This document shows, piece after piece, positions 47,746-53,394 of a DNA stretch of 53,394 nt. Location of the stretch: positions 1-53,394 of IMG/VR virus record IMGVR_UViG_3300031519_003499, one strand, 5' to 3'. The first letter of the stretch is position 1; every line of letters starts with the position of its first letter. Made by a program: the position numbers and the translations under genes. Source of the stretch: a virus. Lineage: Duplodnaviria > Caudoviricetes. The notes beneath the pieces were generated by a model that ran no database searches, had not been told where the DNA came from, and saw only the letters and a list, made by a program, of their open reading frames with translations.

Positions 47746-48455
47746 CGCCAATTTTCCTTGCACCATGGGTCTATACAATTGTGAGGATTAGGGTCACCGT
47801 GGAATACTGCTACACTAGTTTTAGGCAATACCTTAGGTTCGCCCGGAGTCATAAAGTTTCTAACACCTTGCTTGTCTCGTACCATAGCAGGCTTGTTACG
47901 CATTTCCCACTTATAGCTCTGTATCCATTCTTCTGGCCAAAACTTATATTGCAGGTCTCTTGTCTTAAAGAATATCCAGTCTTGGTCTCCATGCATCCTA
48001 GATACACCTAAACTAGGATTTTTAATAAAGTCGTCCCAGACATGAGTGTGCTGTCCTGTAGTTATTCGAAACACACTTGAGTTCATTCTATTCCAAGTTG
48101 GCACGTTGCATCTATTAAAGTCACGGATGATACAAAACTTATCCTGTTCGTATGTCCACAAGTAATCAATATTTTTAAATATAATTATATCTAGATCAAA
48201 ATATAGTATCGTCCCCTTAACTGGAAGTTCTGAACTAAAGAAGTAGGGCTTGTACCACCAACCTTTTACGCCATTTGTTTCAGGTAAAGGAAATATGTGT
48301 ATGTCTGGATCGATGCCCGAAGCATCTTCAGTGAAGCAAGCCATCTTAAAGTCTACTGTACTATGACGCTTGATCATACTGTACAATACATTTACATAAT
48401 CACTTGTGTACTTTTTACCATGCTTCAGGCAAACAATCCAGTTGTGTTGTGTCAT
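47742..48455 (-). CDS. Glycosyltransferase-like protein (GT-A fold)
   Basis: CLKHGKKY, WWYK, YFDLD (DxD), NSSV, GDQDWI, FHGDPNP. Confidence 0.75.
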   Translation of the reverse strand: MTQHNWIVCLKHGKKYTSDYVNVLYSMIKRHSTVDFKMACFTEDASGIDPDIHIFPLPETNGVKGWWYKPYFFSSELPVKGTILYFDLDIIIFKNIDYLWTYEQDKFCIIRDFNRCNVPTWNRMNSSVFRITTGQHTHVWDDFIKNPSLGVSRMHGDQDWIFFKTRDLQYKFWPEEWIQSYKWEMRNKPAMVRDKQGVRNFMTPGEPKVLPKTSVAVFHGDPNPHNCIDPWCKENWR

Positions 48456-48457
48456 TC

Positions 48458-48904
48458 TTATGCTTCGTAGATAGCCGAGTTAGAACCATGCTCTGCACAT
48501 TCTGCTCGTACACAATAGCAACGATTATCTGTTGCTTCACGTACTAGTTTGTCTGCAAAGTTAAATGCGTGTTCTGCAAACTTCTCTGCACCGACGCCAT
48601 CCATAACAACAATTTCTGCAAGTCCCATATTCTCAAGTTCTGCAAACTTATACAAGAATGGATCGTTGCGATCAATTGCTGTCTTGTGATCAAAGTTATC
48701 TTCTAGCCATTTCTTTAGCGGCTTCAGTCCACCAAAGTCTACTGCCCAATTCTTATTGTCTAGTTCATCACAGCCAAATGTAAATGTAAATGCCAGGCTG
48801 TAACCATGCAGTAAGTGACAGTGTGAATGATCTGCATTAGGCTGTCTAAATACCGCTGATAGTCCAATGTTATGTCCGTAATGTTTAGTTGAATAATATG
48901 CCAT
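48458..48904 (-). CDS. queD: 6-carboxy-5,6,7,8-tetrahydropterin synthase QueD / PTPS
   Basis: HCHLLHGY, VDFG, FDH, EH.SNSA.Y. Confidence 0.88.
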   Translation of the reverse strand: MAYYSTKHYGHNIGLSAVFRQPNADHSHCHLLHGYSLAFTFTFGCDELDNKNWAVDFGGLKPLKKWLEDNFDHKTAIDRNDPFLYKFAELENMGLAEIVVMDGVGAEKFAEHAFNFADKLVREATDNRCYCVRAECAEHGSNSAIYEA

Positions 48905-48928
48905 TTTAATCTCCTGTAGTTAACATAT

Positions 48929-48964
48929 GAGCGGCAGAGTTAGAAGGGTTGACGCTAAGTCCTT
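48929..48964 (-). ncRNA. Candidate cis-regulatory pseudoknot (riboswitch-like) in the queD leader
   Basis: AAGG/CCUU stem, loop AGCG pairs with 3' CGCU; begins at the predicted transcription start. Confidence 0.45.
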
Positions 48965-48970
48965 GTGTAT

Positions 48971-48999
48971 AGTTTAACATATATCGTATACGTTGTCAA
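48971..48999 (-). promoter_or_regulatory. sigma70-type promoter for queD
   Basis: TTGACA-17 nt-TAAACT with TGn extension. Confidence 0.75.
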
Positions 49000-49576
49000 T
49001 ATTTATTTGTTCAACATTATGCAAACGCCATTCTTTGGGTCGTTTCCAATCGTTGTCCGCAATAATAATAAATTTCTTATACTTGTATATTTCGCATAGC
49101 TTTGCAAAGTGTATAATCCAATATCTTGGATCAACTGCTCTGTGAGTTTCTATGTTGTAGTTTTCTGATCCTTTGTATACATTATTGTGTAATTGTGTTT
49201 CGTTCGAACTGTAAAGATCAAATCCTAATACATAAATCTTTTTGTGATGTGTTTGGCAAGCTAGCAGTTGAGCAAAGTTTCCACTTCCCCAATGAACAGG
49301 GTCGTCTTGTCTATTAGTGCCTTGGTATGGAAGTTCTGGTACAGATTGTACGTTAGGGTATTTGTCTACAAAGTAATGTTGCCAATTAGCCCTAGTGTAT
49401 ACATTGCCAGCGTACCCTGCCTGACAAGATTCAATAACCATTCGCCTATCAACGCACACGAGATCATCTACATAGTAATCTCTATAGATTGCATTGCAAC
49501 CTATCTTGTGCATTTTAATTTTATCTAGATCAATGTTAGCTCGACTTTCGCCGTTGCCTATCAACAATAATGACAT
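48974..49576 (-). CDS. Rossmann-like transferase (DUF115/MptE- or sialyltransferase-like)
   Basis: IGNGES, IGCNAIYRD, GSG, IYVLGFD; TAAATA 5 nt before ATG. Confidence 0.6.
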   Translation of the reverse strand: MSLLLIGNGESRANIDLDKIKMHKIGCNAIYRDYYVDDLVCVDRRMVIESCQAGYAGNVYTRANWQHYFVDKYPNVQSVPELPYQGTNRQDDPVHWGSGNFAQLLACQTHHKKIYVLGFDLYSSNETQLHNNVYKGSENYNIETHRAVDPRYWIIHFAKLCEIYKYKKFIIIADNDWKRPKEWRLHNVEQINIDNVYDIC

Positions 49577-49588
49577 GAATGTATTTAC

Positions 49589-50047
49589 TTATTCTACTAT
49601 TAGATAAATGCTGTCGTGAGTTCTAGTTGTTGTTTCTGTAAATATCCAATGTCTACAACTCCAATCAGAAATCATAGCAACACGATATGACCCAGGTGAC
49701 AACCCCGGATTGCGAAGTGTCCAAGTATTTCGGAGAGTTTCTCCTTTAGGTACATTGTGTGTGTACATGCGCAGAAACTCGTCAAGCCTTACTTGTAGGC
49801 CGTCATCTCTTGTAGCTACCCCGTATACGCTGTTAGCAGTGCAGTCTAGTACTTTTGTGCCAGTCATAGCAAAGTCTAAGTGTTTCTGGTCATTAATCGG
49901 GTTGTTTATAATTTCAATTTTATAACTTGTATATATTGGAGAGTTTATAAATTTAATATAAGAAAATCCAAAGACGATTAATAAGCACAGACTTAGTCCA
50001 CTAACTAAATTAGAGATCATCGTTGTTGTTATTAGTTTCATTTTCAA
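49589..50047 (-). CDS. Membrane-anchored hypothetical protein
   Basis: N-terminal TM helix, beta-rich domain with a Cys pair. Confidence 0.65.
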   Translation of the reverse strand: MKMKLITTTMISNLVSGLSLCLLIVFGFSYIKFINSPIYTSYKIEIINNPINDQKHLDFAMTGTKVLDCTANSVYGVATRDDGLQVRLDEFLRMYTHNVPKGETLRNTWTLRNPGLSPGSYRVAMISDWSCRHWIFTETTTRTHDSIYLIVE

Positions 50048-50363
50048 AATAATCCTTCCTTACATCGCGAAGTTCGTTACTAACTTCTAGCAGTCCTGTC
50101 GATGCACGGCTAAGAGTTTTTACTAGATACCTAATAGTAAATATTGTCCAGAACCACCAAGTTACCGCAGTTGCAGCAAATGCACTCATACCAACCCAAA
50201 ACACTGTATCAAAGCTAGCTATCTTAAAAACAAGAAGTATAAAACAGGCAATTAAAAAGAACGTAGGGACGATTTTTGCATATAAATCCCAACGCTCTGC
50301 TTGTTTTTCTATCTTCTTTGCCTTATTAAGAAGTTCGGCATTGTCTTTTTGATCCATTCGCAT
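50010..50363 (-). CDS. Two-TM membrane protein (start possibly 50357)
   Basis: Two hydrophobic helices; TATAAATA immediately upstream. Confidence 0.65.
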   Translation of the reverse strand: MRMDQKDNAELLNKAKKIEKQAERWDLYAKIVPTFFLIACFILLVFKIASFDTVFWVGMSAFAATAVTWWFWTIFTIRYLVKTLSRASTGLLEVSNELRDVRKDYFENETNNNNDDL

Positions 50364-50390
50364 TTATTTATAGATTATAGATTAATGCTT

Positions 50391-51695
50391 TTATGCTACT
50401 TTAACTAATATTGTCTCAGGATTGCAACGCCCGTTAAGCTTTGTATCAGTGGTTGCAATATCATCTAAGAACTTACGTAGTGCAACCTTGCCAGCTTTCT
50501 TAAATTCTTTAAGTTGATCTGCAGGTTTACGCAGTGTCTTTTGTACACTTTGTGTTTCATCAAAGCCGATAATAGTTGTGCCTTTGACACTAAGCCCACT
50601 TCCAGGGCGTCCCATACCTTTAGGATCAATGTTCTTAGCAACGTATTTTCCCAGTTTACGTGTTTTAGAGTTAAACACCCAAAGCTCATTTGCTCCAATA
50701 ATGTCTACAGGATTGATACTTGCAATCTTATACTTGTCATCAGTCTTAGCATACTTCAACTTCTCTACAAGCTTGTCTGCACTCTTAGGCTTAGCCTTGC
50801 GTGGTGTTCTAGTTGCTTTAGCACTTTCAACAACAAAGTTAAGAGCATCTAACAATCCTTCGATAGCAGACACAAACATCTTAATGTCTGCTTTCTTAAG
50901 ATGTGAATAACCTTCTTTAAGTTGAGCCCACATCTCAGCATCGTGTTCACTCATCTTCTTTAGTTGCCCTGCTGTAGGCATACGTTCTAGATCTTTAAAG
51001 TCAATAATTTCATTTTCAAAGAACGTTTTAATCTTACGAGCGTGTGCCTGTGTAACATTGTTCTTTTGAAAGTGTGCTTTAAAGTCAAAGCCCTTTGGAT
51101 CAAACTTCTTACGATCAGTAAACCAACCATCTAACCATTCGTCAATTGCTTCGCTTTGTAACAATGCTTGATCTCGAATACGTTCTTGTATAGTAGGTAC
51201 ATGCACGTTCTTTGTTACTTCGGCAACTTCTTCTTTAACCTTTGTAACTTTTGAACCTTCATGCATTGCAATTTTCACATGCTTGTTAATAAAATCACTT
51301 GCTAGAGGAAGACTATCGCCCGTACAACCTGGTAATGACGCCCAGTGTGCATCATGTTTAGGATTGCTATCTGGCATACCTCTTAGCATCATCTTACAAT
51401 AAATGCCTGTTGTAATACTTAGATAGCTGTTAGGTGCTGATTTTGCATTACTAACTTCTTCTGCTGTATACCCGTTCTTTTCCATCCAAGTAAAGATAGA
51501 AGTATATAAATCTGCAGGCTTGTAGTTTTGATAGTAGAACATGCTAGTGTCTCTACGGAATTTATGATAAACAGCGCCACTCCAGTTTTCACATCCGTCC
51601 CAAGAAGGTTCACCTATAGTTTTTGCACCGCGCTTAACTTGCGAAGTTGCCCGAACTTTTTTCTTTGGGATCTTAATACCAAGTGCTTTTGCCAT
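50391..51695 (-). CDS. Hypothetical lysine-rich phage protein (early-type promoter)
   Basis: 434 aa; AGGAG SD; sigma70-type promoter upstream. Confidence 0.8.
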   Translation of the reverse strand: MAKALGIKIPKKKVRATSQVKRGAKTIGEPSWDGCENWSGAVYHKFRRDTSMFYYQNYKPADLYTSIFTWMEKNGYTAEEVSNAKSAPNSYLSITTGIYCKMMLRGMPDSNPKHDAHWASLPGCTGDSLPLASDFINKHVKIAMHEGSKVTKVKEEVAEVTKNVHVPTIQERIRDQALLQSEAIDEWLDGWFTDRKKFDPKGFDFKAHFQKNNVTQAHARKIKTFFENEIIDFKDLERMPTAGQLKKMSEHDAEMWAQLKEGYSHLKKADIKMFVSAIEGLLDALNFVVESAKATRTPRKAKPKSADKLVEKLKYAKTDDKYKIASINPVDIIGANELWVFNSKTRKLGKYVAKNIDPKGMGRPGSGLSVKGTTIIGFDETQSVQKTLRKPADQLKEFKKAGKVALRKFLDDIATTDTKLNGRCNPETILVKVA

Positions 51696-51736
51696 GTTGC
51701 GTTCTCCTAGAACTGTTTATCTACTGTTATTTAACG

Positions 51737-51765
51737 AGTATACAACAAATAACTAGGTTTGTCAA
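51737..51765 (-). promoter_or_regulatory. sigma70-type promoter
   Basis: TTGACA-17 nt-TATACT. Confidence 0.8.
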
Positions 51766-51766
51766 G

Positions 51767-51994
51767 TTATTTATTTGTGTAGAGATATGCACCTGAACTA
51801 GAATTAATAGAAGCTACTAACTGCTCCCACATGTTTGGTGCTAGGGTAATTACTTCAAATTTATTGTTCTTTTCATTCCACTGTCGTATATATACCATAT
51901 CATCATAAAGGAATACACCTACATCTTCCTGCACTCCATTATCATCTAATATAGTTATTGCAACTTCATCCCAGTCCATTTCTACAGTAAACAT
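51767..51994 (-). CDS. Hypothetical protein
   Basis: 75 aa; AAGGA SD; follows the tRNA cluster. Confidence 0.7.
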   Translation of the reverse strand: MFTVEMDWDEVAITILDDNGVQEDVGVFLYDDMVYIRQWNEKNNKFEVITLAPNMWEQLVASINSSSGAYLYTNK

Positions 51995-52010
51995 TGTGCT
52001 TCCTTTTTAT

Positions 52011-52085
52011 TGGCTGGAAAGGAAGGACTCGAACCTTCAACCTTTTGTACCAAAAACAAATGATCTACCATTGATCTACTTTCCA
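52011..52085 (-). tRNA. tRNA-Gln(UUG)
   Basis: Acceptor TGGAAAG/CTTTCCA, anticodon loop TTTTGGT, GTTCGA, encoded CCA. Confidence 0.9.
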
Positions 52086-52091
52086 TTACCT

Positions 52092-52166
52092 TGGTAGTCC
52101 CTAGGGGAGTTGAACCCCTCTTTCCTGGTTGAAAACCAGATGTCCTAACCGATAGACGAAGGGACC
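52092..52166 (-). tRNA. tRNA-Glu(UUC)
   Basis: Acceptor GGTCCCT/AGGGACT, loop TTTTCAA, GTTCAA, CCA. Confidence 0.92.
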
Positions 52167-52171
52167 TTATA

Positions 52172-52256
52172 TGGTGTCAATTAAGGAGTCGAACCTTACC
52201 GCAGTAGTTGACATGACGCCTGTAGTGTCTGTTACTGTTAGCAAACCCGCATTGAC
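52172..52256 (-). ncRNA. Aberrant tRNA-like RNA (acceptor stem, T-arm and CCA; no canonical D or anticodon arm)
   Basis: GTCAAT/ATTGAC-A-CCA; TAAGG-TTCGACT-CCTTA; interrupted stem CAGTA/TACTG plus GACA/TGTC. Confidence 0.6.
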
Positions 52257-52264
52257 GAATTAGT

Positions 52265-52340
52265 TAAGCAGTTTCAAGTCCTGCTTAGGACATCCTGGGC
52301 ACCATTTGTTCAATTGTTTTACAAGAGGAACAAAACTCTT
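52265..52340 (-). other. Two tandem predicted H-type pseudoknots in the tRNA spacer
   Basis: AAGAG/CUCUU with UUUGUUC/GAACAAA; GUCC/GGAC with AAGCA/UGCUU. Confidence 0.45.
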
Positions 52341-52344
52341 TATA

Positions 52345-52428
52345 TGGTACGAGCAAGAGGACTTGAACCTCCACGCATTGCTGCACTAGAACCTAAATCT
52401 AGCGTGTCTACCATTCCACCATGCTCGC
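52345..52428 (-). tRNA. tRNA-Leu(UAG)
   Basis: Acceptor GCGAGCA/TGCTCGT, loop TTTAGGT, long variable arm, CCA. Confidence 0.93.
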
Positions 52429-52431
52429 ATA

Positions 52432-52506
52432 TGGTGCCCCCAGAGAGATTCGAACTCCCGTCTGCTGATTACAAATCAGCTGCTAAACCATCTCAGCTAT
52501 AAGGGC
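52432..52506 (-). tRNA. tRNA-Thr(UGU)
   Basis: GCCC.../...GGGC acceptor, GCTGA-TTTGTAA-TCAGC anticodon arm, GTTCGA, CCA. Confidence 0.92.
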
Positions 52507-52507
52507 A

Positions 52508-52585
52508 TTATCTTTTTACTCTACAAATTGGACAGAAGTCGTTACTGTCTAATTCAAATTTACATTCTGCACATTTCTTTATCAT
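52508..52585 (-). CDS. 25-aa zinc-ribbon-like microprotein (absent from ORF track)
   Basis: MIKKCAECKFELDSNDFCPICRVKR; TAAATA (52591-52596) 5 nt before ATG. Confidence 0.6.
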   Translation of the reverse strand: MIKKCAECKFELDSNDFCPICRVKR

Positions 52586-52596
52586 GAAAATATTTA

Positions 52597-52863
52597 TTAT
52601 TCTACACTGTTACTCATTAATGTTCTGAGTTCTTCTTCAGGCGTAACTTGGCTAACAATTTCTTCTTCTTCAAGTTCAACCTGGAATGAGCGTATCATTT
52701 GTTCTGTTAATTCAACACTGTCTACTTTACCTGACGCAAGTTGTTTAATTGCATCATGTTGACCAGTTGCTAGTTTTGTTCGAATCATATAAGCACAGGC
52801 TGCTACTAGCTCTGTTCTGTTAATGCCGGAATTTTCAATTGCTTCTTGTACATATGCGCTCAT
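52597..52863 (-). CDS. Hypothetical protein
   Basis: 88 aa; AAGG SD; sigma70-type promoter upstream. Confidence 0.7.
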   Translation of the reverse strand: MSAYVQEAIENSGINRTELVAACAYMIRTKLATGQHDAIKQLASGKVDSVELTEQMIRSFQVELEEEEIVSQVTPEEELRTLMSNSVE

Positions 52864-52903
52864 TTTGTGTAACCTTTCAGTGTTACTTGTTTATCTTAGT
52901 TTA

Positions 52904-52931
52904 AGTATAACACCTATGTTATAAGTGTCAA
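52904..52931 (-). promoter_or_regulatory. sigma70-type promoter
   Basis: TTGACA-16 nt-TATACT with TGn extension. Confidence 0.72.
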
Positions 52932-52943
52932 CCACTAAGTTAA

Positions 52944-53394
52944 TTATGTTGCTGTTAGCGTTGCTGCTAGAGTTACTAATGAACCGCTTGTATCAATGTT
53001 GTTAGGTCCAACTGATGATACAGCGTAGGCACCAGTACTTCTGGTCCAACCGCCACCAATAGTTCTAATTCTATGTTGTAAGTCTGCCGCTGATGCACTG
53101 TTATCACATACTACAGTTATTGTACCACTGTTGTCGTCAGTAGTATAATAAATTAAAGGATTAATTTCTTTTACAATAATCTCTACTGCTTCATCAACTG
53201 CATCGTCTTCTTCTCTTAGATCAGCATTAAGATATGAGTCGCCATAACTTCCAAATCCTGTAATGGCGCCGCTATTTGTTCCTATACCTAATGCAACTGT
53301 TGTATCTGTTCCGGTTGTTGAAATAGCACCGGTACCAGTAAATAAATTAAAAGAATCTAATGTTCCTAACGCTTGGACACTGGTTCCTGTAGGT
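52944..53394 (-). CDS. Partial ORF (start beyond window), probable virion structural protein
   Basis: Open frame ...DLREEDDAVDEAVEIIVKEINPL...LAATLTAT-stop; G/T/S-rich. Confidence 0.65.
   Translation of the reverse strand, partial: PTGTSVQALGTLDSFNLFTGTGAISTTGTDTTVALGIGTNSGAITGFGSYGDSYLNADLREEDDAVDEAVEIIVKEINPLIYYTTDDNSGTITVVCDNSASAADLQHRIRTIGGGWTRSTGAYAVSSVGPNNIDTSGSLVTLAATLTAT

Noticed and set aside
48929-48964. Canonical preQ1-I riboswitch
   Set aside because: Lacks the A-rich 3' tail and typical loop consensus; kept only as an unassigned candidate
677-51710. Numerous plus-strand and alternate-frame ORFs in the supplied track (e.g. 6813-7328, 16895-17356, 34243-34860, 35044-35616)
   Set aside because: They lie antisense to or inside well-supported genes, lack start signals and motifs, and are expected shadows of codon bias
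52172-52340. tmRNA
   Set aside because: No G3-U70 alanine identity pair, no tag reading frame, too short, and the pseudoknots lie outside the acceptor stem
52314-52502. 62-aa plus-strand ORF
   Set aside because: It is the reverse complement of tRNA-Leu and tRNA-Thr
1-53394. Stop-codon reassignment, as in some jumbo phages
   Set aside because: Known genes are full length under the standard code, coding density is high and no suppressor tRNA is present
1-53394. Bacterial chromosome or prophage origin, given clpA, dnaJ, iscU and thyA
   Set aside because: These genes are interleaved with virion genes, a T4-type clamp loader and late-type promoters; no integrase or host operon context

Overview
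About 53 kb of a large, AT-rich, T4-like (jumbo-type) tailed phage genome, probably marine and infecting an Alphaproteobacterium (host is inferred, not shown). Genes are densely packed and almost all on the minus strand. In coordinate order: (1-6 kb) small and modular proteins with T4 capsid-targeting-like N-termini, one a nucleotidyltransferase-GH19 fusion; (6-10.6 kb) fibre/baseplate genes; (10.7-14.3 kb) clpA, def, dnaJ; (14.3-18.3 kb) an expanded lysis region (GH19 endolysin, unannotated holin candidate, spanins, TIGR02594-type peptidase, iscU, lipase, EF-hand membrane protein); (19.7-27.5 kb) phoH, an apparently inserted radical SAM gene, dCMP deaminase, thyA, folA, fdxA, clamp loader, two MazG-like genes, exonuclease, groES and a DnaE fragment; (27.8-45.3 kb) large tail/baseplate genes plus a subtilase; (45.3-52 kb) iscA, uvsE, glycosyltransferase-like genes, queD; (52.0-52.5 kb) four tRNAs and one aberrant tRNA-like RNA. 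Two promoter classes are visible: sigma70-type and a TAAATA late-type box. The most unusual signals are candidate capsid-packaged polyproteins punctuated by L/I/V/M-x-E sites, a pseudoknot at the 5' end of the queD mRNA, a two-state phoH leader, hairpins that hide start signals and enclose a promoter, leaderless genes, and a CCA-ending tRNA mimic preceded by two pseudoknots. All calls come from reading motifs by eye; no database search or folding program was run.
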